Both the position numbers and the translations under genes were made by a program. A DNA stretch of 64,000 nt from an uncultured Hormoscilla sp. (lineage in GTDB: Bacteria > Cyanobacteriota > Cyanobacteriia > Cyanobacteriales > Desertifilaceae), in contig OZ001293.3 in assembly GCA_963921275.4 (NCBI GenBank), positions 6,496,001 to 6,560,000 of the forward strand. The letters are read 5' to 3'. Below are positions 53,991 through 64,000 of the stretch, one piece after another. The number at the start of each line of letters is the position of its first letter. The stretch's first letter is position 1. Under the pieces are notes generated by a model. The model did no database searches. It worked only from the letters and a program-made list of their open reading frames with translations, and was not told the DNA's origin.

Positions 53991-54408
53991 TGAGCGCCGT
54001 GCCTAACACCTCAAGGGAGCGGACGCGCAAGGGATTATATTTACTCTACGAAAGTTTTAATCCCCACTTGTGAATCTACAAAAATATCTGCTGTCCTAGA
54101 CATGAAAATAACCTCTTAGTAAATTGGTCAAGTCTGAGGTATAAACAGAGTTTATAGTGCAGTTAAGCATGAAATATAGATACTAGGATAACAGAAACAT
54201 AGTTTCTTGACAGACTAGGCGATCGCCGATAATAATGGACACGCTAGAGCAGAGCCTCAAATCAGCGTTCCCAGGCGGAGCCAGGGAACGAGATAACGAG
54301 ATAAAACAATGCTATAATTAGTTTAACTCGTATTAGTCGGTTTTAACCGACTTTAGCTATTAGCCTCTGGTTTGAACCAGAGGCGGTCTAACAGCGAAGG
54401 AGACGATC

Positions 54409-55779
54409 ATGCCTAATTCATCACCTGGGCCTATTGCCAAGGGGACAATTATAGAAAACCGTTATAAAGTTTTGCGTAAATTGGGACGCGGTGGATTTGG
54501 ACGCACCTACCTAGTTGAAGATATGAATCGTTACAAAGAGCGTTGCGTCATCAAGGAATTGGCTCCTCAACTGAAAAGCAGCACGGAGCTGCAAAAAGCC
54601 GAGAGTTTATTTAAGCGGGAAGCAAGTATGCTCTACAAACTGGAACATCCCCAGATTCCCCGCTTTCGAGAACTGTTTCAAACTAAAATTGATGACCAAA
54701 ACTTTCTCTTCTTGGTGCAGGACTACGTCAAAGGAAAAACCTACGCGCAACTCTTAAAGGGAAGTAAAGCTAAACCTTTGAGCGAAGAGGAAGTCACGCA
54801 ATTGCTGCTGGATATATTACCTGTCCTGTCCTACATTCACTCTCAAAAAGTGCTGCATAGAGATATCTCCCCAGATAACCTGATCCTGCGGACTGCAGAT
54901 CGACTGCCAGTTCTAATTGACTTTGGTTGCGTCAAGCATGTAGCAGCAAAAGCCGTATCCCAGTCAAATGGACTTGCTGGTACTCTGGTGGGTAAACCGG
55001 GTTATTGCCCAGAGGAACAATTGAGGGATGGAATGGTGTTTCCTAGTAGTGACCTCTATGCTTTGGCGGTGACAGTGTTGGTGCTGCTCACGGGCAAGCA
55101 ACCCCAAGAGTTGTACGATAGTACGAATGCGACTTGGAACTGGGAGCAAATGGTGACTGTTGGCCCGACTCTCAAAAAGCTGCTCAATAAAATGCTGGCT
55201 CATCGACCGCGCGATCGCTACCAGTCAGCGAAAACAGTGCATCGGATTCTGGAAAACGCCAACCCCTCGGGAGTGGGGAACATGATTTCCAGGATGAATA
55301 CCATAGTTGTCGGTCACCTAAGAGCGGTAAATCATCAAATATCGGGTTTGAAAAAGAGCAGCATGCAGCTAGCTATGTGGCAGATACTAGCCATTAGTGT
55401 TAGTATATCATTAGTGGGAGGAATAGGAGCGACTTTGGCCTTCTCGGCTTTCTGGAAACCCCAAAAGTATCCAGCATCGGCGATGCATTCAGCATCTCCA
55501 GCATCTTTTTCTGCCCCAGCATCTTTTGCATCTTCGGGCTTTTTGAGTAAAACGGAGAAAAAAGAGCAGTTGTCAATTCATCAGCGCTGCCAAAATCTGA
55601 AAATTGATCCAAGTCTATTTTATCAGCAAGTGGATAACTTATTCTATGGCCAATACCCCGAAGTTAAAGGCCGTCAACTGACAGAAAAGCCAGCAGATGC
55701 CCAGTTGCGATCGCAATGGTATCAGTTAGCGGACGAATTGCTCGATCGCCTGGAGAAGGGCGAGAGTCTCTGGGAATGA
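54409..55779 (+). CDS. Hanks-type Ser/Thr protein kinase with TM segment
   Basis: LGRGGFG, VIKE, HRDISPDN, LIDFG and SDLYAL motifs. Confidence 0.95.
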   Translation: MPNSSPGPIAKGTIIENRYKVLRKLGRGGFGRTYLVEDMNRYKERCVIKELAPQLKSSTELQKAESLFKREASMLYKLEHPQIPRFRELFQTKIDDQNFLFLVQDYVKGKTYAQLLKGSKAKPLSEEEVTQLLLDILPVLSYIHSQKVLHRDISPDNLILRTADRLPVLIDFGCVKHVAAKAVSQSNGLAGTLVGKPGYCPEEQLRDGMVFPSSDLYALAVTVLVLLTGKQPQELYDSTNATWNWEQMVTVGPTLKKLLNKMLAHRPRDRYQSAKTVHRILENANPSGVGNMISRMNTIVVGHLRAVNHQISGLKKSSMQLAMWQILAISVSISLVGGIGATLAFSAFWKPQKYPASAMHSASPASFSAPASFASSGFLSKTEKKEQLSIHQRCQNLKIDPSLFYQQVDNLFYGQYPEVKGRQLTEKPADAQLRSQWYQLADELLDRLEKGESLWE

Positions 55780-55904
55780 CTCCGGACCGGCGGATCGCCA
55801 GTCCGATCGCCTGTGGCAGAACGGGCCGATCGGCCTGGGCGAGGTTAGTTAGAATATAATTAAACAGAAGGTTACCAAATTGTATTAGATCAAATCGGGA
55901 GGTT

Positions 55905-57208
55905 ATGATGCACACTTCACCGATTCCCAGTGGGACAATTGTAGAAAAACAATATCGAATTAGGAAGGAATTGGGGCGCGGTGGTTTTGGGCGCACTTAC
56001 CTAGCGGAAGATACCAATCGATATAATGAGCTGTGCGTACTCAAGGAATTTGCACCCCCCAAGCGGAAAATCTTTATCAATTGCGAAAAGCGGAAGAATT
56101 GTTTCAGCGGGAAGCAGGTATGCTATACAAGCTGGAACACCCTCAGATACCGCGCTTTCGAGAACTACTGCGGGCAAATATTGGGGGTAGAGAATTACTA
56201 TTCTTGGTGCAAGACTATGTGGAAGGTCCGACCTATTGGCAACTGTTCGAGCAGGGTAGGCGGTTGAGCGAGGCCCAAGCAACTCAACTGCTAGAACAAC
56301 TGCTACCCGTGTTGGAGTACGTCCATTCAAAAAACGTGATTCATCGAGATATCTCCCTAGATAATTTGATTCAGCGGAGAGGAGACGGACTGCCAGTTTT
56401 AATCGATTTTGGAAGCGTCAAGCAGATAGCAGCAACCGCCCTATACGAGTCCGGCGGACAACCCGGGACTAGGGTAGGGAAACCGGGTTTCGGCCCCTCC
56501 GAACAGATGCAAGAGGGGAAGGTTTCTCCTAGCAGCGACTTGTATGCTTTGGGGATGACGGTTTTGGTGCTGCTAACGGGGAACGAACCCCAGCATTTGC
56601 AAGACTGGGAACAACAGGTAAATGTTAGCCCCAACCTGAAAAAAATGTTAAAGAAAATGCTGGCTCAACGAGCGCGCGATCGCTACCCATCAGCGGCAGC
56701 AGTGAGTCGGGCGATGGAAAACTCCAACACCTCCAACCGCTCTAACTCCTCTAACTCCCCTAGGGGTAATAACATCATCTCCCAGATGAGTACGAGAGTT
56801 GTTGGTCACCTCAGGACTCGCCTCACTAACCTCCATACTCAAATGTCTGGCAGTAACAACCGCAGAGGAATGAATCTTTCCAAGGTGGTGGCGATCGCCC
56901 TGGGCATATCTTTACTAAGTGGAGTGGGTGCTTTTGCTTTGGTACAATCAGGCATATGGAAGCCTCCCACCTTGCTGGGGCGATCGGAGATCGATGGGCA
57001 GAAGCAAATTTATCAGCGCATCCAAGAACTGGAAATTGACGAAGCAGCTTTTTATCAGAAAGTCGATCAGTTATTCTATGCCCAATACCCAGTAGCAAAG
57101 GATCGTCCCCTGACAGAAAAGCATGAAGATGCTGTGCTGCGATCGCAATGGTATCGCATTGCCGAGGAGTTGCTAAATAAGATCGAGCAGGGTTCCGTGA
57201 CTTTATAG
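55905..57208 (+). pseudogene. Paralogous Ser/Thr kinase frameshifted at a C6 run (56055-56060)
   Basis: N-lobe in ORF 55905, remainder in ORF 56033; HRDISLDN, IDFG. Confidence 0.9.
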
Positions 57209-57260
57209 TAGAGTGGGTTGCACATCTGGCATGAGGGACGATCTATTAGGATTTAATAGC

Positions 57261-57300
57261 GATCGCCCTCTGATTTGGGTAAGGGCGATCGCCATGCATC
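57261..57300. repeat. 40-bp HIP1-stem hairpin, repeated directly at 57951-57990
   Basis: GATCGCCCTCTGATTTGG(G/A)TAAGGGCGATC; 37/40 identical. Confidence 0.85.
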
Positions 57301-57355
57301 AGAGGAAATTGATTGGAATTGGGATGCTAAGTTTGGTGGTGATCGCCTCTATAAT

Positions 57356-57583
57356 TTATGTGTCTATCTCGAAGAGAAAACGAGGTAATCCTGACTGGCG
57401 AATAATAGACTGCAAGGTGCCAATCCTTAATTCCTTATAGTTAGGAACCGGAACGGTAACAGTAGATTCTTCGGTTCGTAACTGCATGATAATATGGCTA
57501 CCATGCATCCTTACTTCTACAAAGCCATATTCCGACAAAATTAGACAAACTTCCTTTGCCGATAACACCCTTAACTTACCCAA
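57356..57583 (-). CDS. hicA: HicA toxin
   Basis: GFVEVRMHGSHIIM...GTLQSIIRQSG. Confidence 0.9.
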   Translation of the reverse strand: MGKLRVLSAKEVCLILSEYGFVEVRMHGSHIIMQLRTEESTVTVPVPNYKELRIGTLQSIIRQSGLPRFLFEIDT

Positions 57584-57803
57584 CTTTTACCTCTACTTGC
57601 CCTACAAAAACTTCATTATTTAATCGACGCTGAATTTCGGAAGCATCGGCAGTCTCAAAAAAAAGTTCTAAGGCTTCAATCAAATTAGACCTGGCTTCGT
57701 CAGCCGTATCTCCTTGACTGGCGATGTCTAATTCTGGGCATAAGGATACATATCCAGAACCCTCTCGTTCAATAATTGCTGTTAGCTGTTTTGTTGGTTT
57801 CAT
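57576..57803 (-). CDS. hicB: HicB antitoxin
   Basis: YVSLCPELDIASQGDTADEARSNLIEALEL. Confidence 0.9.
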   Translation of the reverse strand: MKPTKQLTAIIEREGSGYVSLCPELDIASQGDTADEARSNLIEALELFFETADASEIQRRLNNEVFVGQVEVKVG

Positions 57804-58003
57804 TGTAGCATCGCTCGATTAATCTTTATTACTCTAGTATAGCAGGTAGCATATAAATTGGGAATTAAGAATCCATTTTTTTCCCAAAAACCTGGTTGAT
57901 GGGCTACGTTATCCTCCCAAAGTTATGGCTACCAAGTTCGAGTGGAGAGAGATCGCCCTCTGATTTGGATAAGGGCGATCGGCATTCATCTTCCGAAGAA
58001 CGG

Positions 58004-58891
58004 TTAGTTGTACTGCTGGCCACTACTATCTTCTGCCGGAGTCAGTTGCTCGAGAACGGCAGAGAAGTCTGATAGGGATGCGATCGTCACCGAACGCTGG
58101 TGAAGCTCCCGCAGCAGAGAAGCATCCTCCAGTTTATTGATGCGATCAGATATTTGCTCGGGCACCGAGTCAAACTTCATAACGAGCATATCGATTAGAT
58201 ACTCTCGACCGGTTTGTAGGGCTCCCCTGTTCACTCCCTCCAACAGCCCTTTGGTTACCCGAGTTTTCCATTCCAAGCGTTTCCGGGCATCCTGGCGTGT
58301 CGCCATTGTCTTCAGATGGGCCATCACCATCACCGCAAATGGATTGGTGCTACGCTCCAACTCTGACCATTTGTTTTGATAGTCCAGCCGTTTTACTGCT
58401 CGATAGGACCTGTATGTTCGACTTTCCCAGATTTGAGACTCAAACTCTTGCGGTCGCCAGGAAGGTCTGTCATCTCCTAATATTACCAAACTGGCCACTG
58501 GCGCATCGTAGCGCAACTCGATCGCGCTATTGTAAACATGTATCCGTTTGGGAAATTGTACTTCGTACTCACTTTGAATTTCTACATGCACCAGCACATT
58601 GATCGGAGAACCTTCCTTTCGCCAGACTTTGACCAAGATATCTACTACACGCTTGCCTACTTTCGCCTCGGGAAATGTTTTTTGTAGTTCCGTATTCAGG
58701 ATTTTATAACCGCGCTCCCAGTCTATGTCTCCATGGGCTGCTGGATAGAAAAATTCCATACAAGCCGGAAAATAGTCAATTACTGCCTGTTTCCATGACC
58801 CGTCATAATCTGCTGGTATATTCTCCATTTTTTCTTCTGCACTCTGATTATCAAACTCCTCTACCTTAGGATTCGCTGCTACAACTAGCAT
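58004..58891 (-). CDS. Rpn/PD-(D/E)xK-like protein, paralogue of 21041, with an apparent internal in-frame deletion
   Basis: YDGSWK, VHVEIQS, NPFAVMVMAHLKT; lacks the ELFRLIDW segment seen in the paralogue. Confidence 0.8.
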   Translation of the reverse strand: MLVVAANPKVEEFDNQSAEEKMENIPADYDGSWKQAVIDYFPACMEFFYPAAHGDIDWERGYKILNTELQKTFPEAKVGKRVVDILVKVWRKEGSPINVLVHVEIQSEYEVQFPKRIHVYNSAIELRYDAPVASLVILGDDRPSWRPQEFESQIWESRTYRSYRAVKRLDYQNKWSELERSTNPFAVMVMAHLKTMATRQDARKRLEWKTRVTKGLLEGVNRGALQTGREYLIDMLVMKFDSVPEQISDRINKLEDASLLRELHQRSVTIASLSDFSAVLEQLTPAEDSSGQQYN

Positions 58892-59282
58892 GAATTATTG
58901 CCACTATAGTCAAACCCTATAACCATTATTGTAACTGTTACGATCTTCCTTTGTCAATAATTTATGATAAATTTAATATTGACTTCGTATAAACAGTTTA
59001 CAAACCTGGTTTATGGGCAGCTTTTATTTGAACTAATGCGGACAGCAATATTTGCCATATTCTGTCATGCAGGTAGGGCAAGTTTCGTTTTTATCCTCGG
59101 ATTTTATTTCTATTACTGTTACATACATCGTGCTATATTCTTTAGGTCTGGCGATCGCCCTCCACGAACGCAGACTGCCGCTAAACTGATTGTTAAGGCT
59201 GGAAAAAGTGCGACCCATGGCGTTGTCGTACAGTAGAATGCATTACCATTACCTCCTGAATCTGGGATTATGCAAACAGCAG

Positions 59283-59621
59283 CTATTGGCTGAGTAGCAC
59301 AACACTGACGATCGCTAAACCCAGGCCCAGGTAACCGGAAGGGGACAAAGTTTTCTGGTGCAGGAGAAAAGTCCCCAGCAGATTACTCAGAGTAATACCC
59401 AGACAGCTCATGAGAGCAGAAACGCGACCGAGTTCAGTAGCAGACCACAAGTAAAATTGCCCGGAGATGCCGATCAAGCGGGTGATCGTGAAAAGCCAAA
59501 ACCAAGAGTGATAGACGCTATCCGCAGTAAATCCCACAGTTTTGAGATAGCCAGCAGCAGGGAGTTCGCCAATTAAGAACGTGGCTTGAGTTAAGATCGT
59601 CACCAGTAAAACTTTAGACAT
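59283..59621 (-). CDS. Small multi-TM membrane protein (SMR/EamA-like)
   Basis: MSKVLLVTILTQ...; about four hydrophobic segments. Confidence 0.55.
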   Translation of the reverse strand: MSKVLLVTILTQATFLIGELPAAGYLKTVGFTADSVYHSWFWLFTITRLIGISGQFYLWSATELGRVSALMSCLGITLSNLLGTFLLHQKTLSPSGYLGLGLAIVSVVLLSQ

Positions 59622-59929
59622 GATATATTGTTTAACTTGATAATATTGAGGATATTCATGAGTAACCCTGAAACCGGGTTTCTTAATAGAGTTGATACGC
59701 GAGACGCACCGATAACCACAAAAGAGATGTCGCATGTAATGATACCTTGCGAGCAAGATGCAATGAACAGGGATATCCTGTCTCCTAGAGTTCCTCAATA
59801 AACCTGTTTTCTTTTGGGGAAAATGTCGAGATTCAGTCGATCGATCGCCTGATAAGAAACCCGGTTTCTGATAAGACTTGACGGATGTCATTACATCGGT
59901 GCCCACCCTACTACTTTTTTAGACGCTTA

Positions 59930-60533
59930 AGTAGGCTTCGCTATCGTAGTAACACCACAAGCGACTATCAAAGCAAAAGCTGCCCTTTAACTGCATCTGC
60001 AATTTATCTCGCGCTAACCGGACTGAGGCGTAGTTGTCAATCTGAATGAGAGCACATTAATTTCAGCCATGACCGAGAAAACCAAATTCCAAAACTGCAC
60101 GAGCAGCGGCGGAGGCAATTCCTTTCTTTCTGAATTTGGGATGGACGACGTAACCCAATTGTACTTTTTCGTTCAGATAAAATTTGTACGGTGTCCGATC
60201 CTTATGAAGCGGGAATAATTCAATCTCTTGCGGACTTTTGGAGATTCTTAAACCAGTACTATGACATTTCCTGTTATTGCATCTCGAATTGCCATCGGAC
60301 CGAATGAACGCATTCTCCAATGTTCTCGATAATTATTAAGAATATTTTCTGTTTAGGATAATGTCAATATTACTCCCAGATATCGCAGTTTCTGGGTCGC
60401 TATAAAGGGAATACAAACTCTCTTTATCTTCTGATGTAAAGGGAGTCACGAGCATTGGCAACCTGTTATTGATCCGAATTACTGGTAAATTATGTTCTCG
60501 TGGATTCTCGCCTTTATATAGATAATTTTTCAT
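59930..60533 (-). pseudogene. GNAT (RimJ/RimL-like) acetyltransferase fragments
   Basis: VQLGYVVHPKFRKKGIASAAARAVLEFGF; stops and frameshifts. Confidence 0.7.
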
Positions 60534-60559
60534 GCCTTTGCCGATGTTTTTTTGAGCAA

Positions 60560-60938
60560 CCATCTCAATCACGACTTTCGCGAGTAAGTCTACCGGTCCG
60601 GGACCTGTAACTAAAGATTGAGCCAAATAGATCGTGTCTTGTTCGCTATCATAAGCGCCCTGAGCTCCCTTCATCGCCTCATCAGATAAAATTTTAATTC
60701 GAGAAAACAAGCTAGAAACTCCCTGGGACATGTCAGACAAGAGGTTTTGGATAACCACAGGATTGCGAACCCCATAAATCTGCTCCAGGTCAGATTGAGC
60801 GGAGCCAGAACCTGCAAATTTGTTGAGCTGATTTTGGACTTCTCCTAACACAGAATGCAAAACGACATCATCGACTAAGGAATCACTGGCAGAATCCAAG
60901 GAACTGTTGGATGCGATCGAACTATTGTCGTCAAACAT
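60560..60938 (-). pseudogene. N-terminal fragment of a large secreted-type protein fused to the GNAT remnant
   Basis: GAQGAYDSEQDTIYL...LAKVVIE, cut just before the usual EE.GH motif. Confidence 0.55.
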
Positions 60939-61263
60939 GAGGTCACCTCATTGAAGCTAGATGTCTTTGAGTGCAAATCTCGGATGTGATTTGCGCTCAG
61001 ATCTCAATACTGACAAATGCTTCCTGATTTCGGCGGTGCATTTTCAATGAAAAAATAGCTATTTTTGGTTATTTTCGGTTCATAATTAAAATAGCTCATA
61101 AATCAGCGCTTTCGTAGTTCTTTTTAGTTCAATATTTTAAAATAGCTCATAAATCAGCGCTTTCGTGGTTCTTTTTCGCAGAAAAGGTCTGTAACAGGTT
61201 GAAGTTAGTGCTACAGTAGAATCATGAACGATTTAAGCCAGGGTTTAGCAAGGGAGAAGAACG

Positions 61264-61809
61264 ATGTCAGTCCAAATTACTCAAGAATTTCGCTGTCAGC
61301 TCAAGAAGGCTGCTAAACTTTAAGGGTTGAGCCAACAACAATGGGCGGACGAAGCCCATTATGACCTTGGGACTCTTAAACGTATTTTCGGTACTGGTGG
61401 GCCAGGCTCTTACAGTCAAGAAGCCTTAGAAGCGGTGTGTCGGGTTGTCAAGATGAACTGGCAAGACGGGATAGTTGATTGCGCCGACCTGCTGGCAGAG
61501 GTACAGGAGAAGCACCGGCCATACTTGACGGAGAAGCACGGCAAGATACGAGTTTTGGACATGGAACAGCCCATCGGCCTAGATGATGTCTTTATTGAAG
61601 TCAAGGTGCTCGAAAAGCTGACCGCAGGCTTGCCTCTCAGCCGGAAACAACTGATCGACCAAGCTAACCATCCTGACCATGACTTTGAACGTTGGGGTTT
61701 CGGTCGCGTTCTGGAAGAAGGCTTGTCAGGTCGGGATGCTTTGGAAAAATTTCAGAAAATGGAGGTATTGGGTAAGCCGGGTTCGGGGAAAACCACGTTT
61801 TTACGGTAA
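61264..61809 (+). pseudogene. HTH-NACHT protein N-terminus, truncated just after Walker A
   Basis: GKIRVLDMEQPIGLDDVFIEV...VLGKPGSGKTTFL. Confidence 0.85.
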
Positions 61810-61998
61810 ATTGTTAACCGATACAGTTGTCCGATGGTAAGCTAGAAGAACAGCTATATGTTGAGTTGTTTCTACGACCCCAATTTTTAGCCAATATAAA
61901 GCTTGCACTCGGCATTTTTTATCACCGGTGGTTCGCGCTATCAATTTCTTAAGGTATTCTTCAGATTCGGCAATTTCTATTTTAACTACGCCAGCCAT
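61801..61998 (-). mobile_element. IS630-like transposase N-terminal remnant
   Basis: MAGVVKIEIAESEEYLK...VQALYWLK...HRTTV. Confidence 0.75.
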
Positions 61999-62429
61999 AT
62001 TTCCTTTTATCTAGGTCTTTTACTAATTGTAGCATTGTTTTTTCAAAATGGTATTACATATCTGCCTTTATGGCGCGATCGCGATCCGAAGAGAGTAGTA
62101 CCGTCCTGCATTGCAGTTCGCAGGTTGGGTTGTTGGGTTTCGTTCCTCAACCCAACCTACGACATTACTTGCGCGATCGCCCTAAAAAACTTTGTCACTT
62201 TATCAATCTTTCAAGTCTGCAATTGGAGAATTGGTTAGCTTCCGATAATACAATTTTGTCAAACTAATGCTAAAATTAGTTTAATATTATATTATTAGTC
62301 TGTTTTAACCGACTTTAGCTTTTATGGGTTTTAACCCCCGGCGGGCTGACAGCGAAGTGAGAGGACTTTCGTGCATAAGTGCTATCATAGAGATAAGGCG
62401 AGATAAAATAAGTGAAACTGGGAGGAGAG

Positions 62430-62690
62430 ATGATGAGAATCAAAGGCATAAAGCGCGGGCAAACCATTGAACTCAAGGAGGAACTGAAGATTCCTGATGG
62501 TCAAGAAATAATAATATAAGTTAAGGAAGTAAAGCAAATGAGTGACGAAGAAATGCTGCAAAAGATGAAGAATTTTTTGGAAAATCCTCGCAAAGGGAGA
62601 AAAGAGCTTGTTGCCACATTGAATCAGCTAGACAGAGAGCGCCATGCTCATTGGGACAAACAGATGGAAAATCATGAAGATTAAGGTGAG
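62430..62690 (+). pseudogene. Antitoxin upstream of vapC, frameshifted near 62520
   Basis: MMRIKGIKRGQTIELKEELKIPDGQEI, then stop; second part MSDEEMLQKMKEFL. Confidence 0.6.
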
Positions 62691-62696
62691 AGGCTT

Positions 62697-63092
62697 GTGT
62701 ATTTGTTAGATACCAACATTTGTAGTGCAATCATCGACCAAAACAGACTAGCAATGGTTGAATTTTACCGCAAATACAGCCAGTGTTACCTGGTGATGGT
62801 TGTGATAGCAGAACTATATAAAGGGGCTTACTGTTCTAGACAACTTGAAGAAAACCTTGAGGATATCAATGACTTCATTAGCATGATCCCAACTATTGTC
62901 GATTTGGACCAGGATGCAGCTGAAGAGTTTGACAAGATTCAAGGTGAGTTAAAACTCATGGGCAGACCGACTGGGGATTTAGACGCGCTTATTGCCGCTG
63001 TGGCCCGATCGCGTGGTGACATATTGGTAACTAACAACACTCGCCACTTTATCAATATTCTCAATCTGCAATTGGATAATTGGTTAAGATAA
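62697..63092 (+). CDS. vapC: VapC/PIN toxin
   Basis: YLLDTNI, AELYKGA, DALIAA and LVTNN motifs. Confidence 0.9.
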   Translation: MYLLDTNICSAIIDQNRLAMVEFYRKYSQCYLVMVVIAELYKGAYCSRQLEENLEDINDFISMIPTIVDLDQDAAEEFDKIQGELKLMGRPTGDLDALIAAVARSRGDILVTNNTRHFINILNLQLDNWLR

Positions 63093-63199
63093 ACTGAAAA
63101 TTAAAGCAGTTTATAAGGCCCATGTTTTAACTTGAAAATGCCCAGATAGCCAATCAAATTATGCTTTACACCTCACAAATATACCATCAGCAATCGCCA

Positions 63200-63670
63200 T
63201 TAAGATATCACTTGAGCGACGATCTTGCCCCGGACGTGACGTTGAGACAGGCGTACCAGTGCATCAGGAATTTCTTCCATACTTATGAGTTCTTGCAGCA
63301 TCGGGTTAATTTTATTGTCACTGACTAGACTGCCAAGATCTCTGCCCATACAAGTCAGCAATAGCAATTTGGTCTCCAGACAAATAAGCACCTCCCAAAG
63401 CTACTTCATGAATGGAAATACCTTTGCTAAAAGGTTTAATCTTGCTAAAATTAGGTAATCCAGCAACGCAGGCAATTGCCCCGTTAAAAGCTACCATCTC
63501 TAACCCCGCCGTCGCACTATCAGAACTAACTGTATCGACGATCGCGTCCACCCCTCGCCCATCAGTAATCTGGAGCACTCTTGACAAATCTCTTCGGTGC
63601 GATAATCTACAACATGTGCTGCGCCTAACTGACGCACGTAATCAAAATTAGCCGCAGAACAGGTATAAAT
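63200..63670 (-). pseudogene. Zinc-binding dehydrogenase / quinone oxidoreductase 3' part, frameshifted and interrupted by intron D
   Basis: NFDYVRQLGAAHVVDY, TDGRGVDAIVD and RHVRGKIV in three frames. Confidence 0.85.
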
Positions 63671-64000
63671 GGTCGGGGTCGAGCTGGGAATCACTCCCCA
63701 ACCCTCCAAGAGCGAAACCTGAAGAGCGACTGGAACCGCACACGGCTACTGGTTGGTAAGCTGTTGTCATCAGTAGGATTACTGGGGGTTACCCCCGTTG
63801 TCCCTTACCCTTTGAAATTTTACCCCTTATGGTCAATCCTATTGGACCGTTTAAGTACTGAGCTGCGGAAGGTTCGCGGAGGATAGTTCAGCAAACCATA
63901 CTCGCCGCTCTTTACTAACATCTTCCCCATTCTGCTTTCCGCTTTTCGTAAGGGCTCTGAACTTTACCTGGCTAAGATTTGAATCCAAAATTCGTACTTT
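63671..64000 (-). mobile_element. 3' part of ORF-less group II intron D (closest to intron A); runs off the window
   Basis: DVI identical to A (GGTCGGGGTCGAGCTGGGAATCAC); degenerate DV; no RT ORF upstream of DV in the visible part. Confidence 0.85.

Noticed and set aside
61086..61176. 40-bp direct repeat with a 51-bp period
   Set aside because: Only two copies in an intergenic region between pseudogenes; no further support for function

Overview
Cyanobacterial chromosome segment: the HIP1 octamer GCGATCGC is very frequent and the gene content fits a filamentous, Oscillatoriales-like genome (inference). A core of intact housekeeping genes (dps, SpoIID/LytB-domain protein, petF-type ferredoxin, bvdR, gcvP/gcvH/gcvT, HerA-like ATPase, Gld-like ABC transporter, Ser/Thr kinase) sits among heavily eroded accessory DNA: nonsense and frameshift pseudogenes, deletion-fused gene halves, toxin-antitoxin modules, Rpn-family paralogues, one IS982, IS630 relics and several REP-like repeat families. 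Highlights: (1) a low-GC, SAMD9-like defence gene (AlbA_2 - SIR2-like - STAND NTPase - TPR - OB fold) inserted between gcvH and gcvP and broken by one stop and one frameshift; (2) four ORF-less group II introns, two of them near-identical 871-nt copies at different targets; (3) a tandemly duplicated Gly-rich/LRR/Ig/cadherin gene whose 72-bp LRR units are constant except at the binding-face codons; (4) a 44-bp hairpin element with compensatory changes inserted in the same frame in two unrelated genes; (5) accessory cassettes bracketed by short direct duplications that often start at HIP1 sites; (6) an orphan CdiA-CT-like toxin/immunity pair. All calls were made by eye; no database searches were run.
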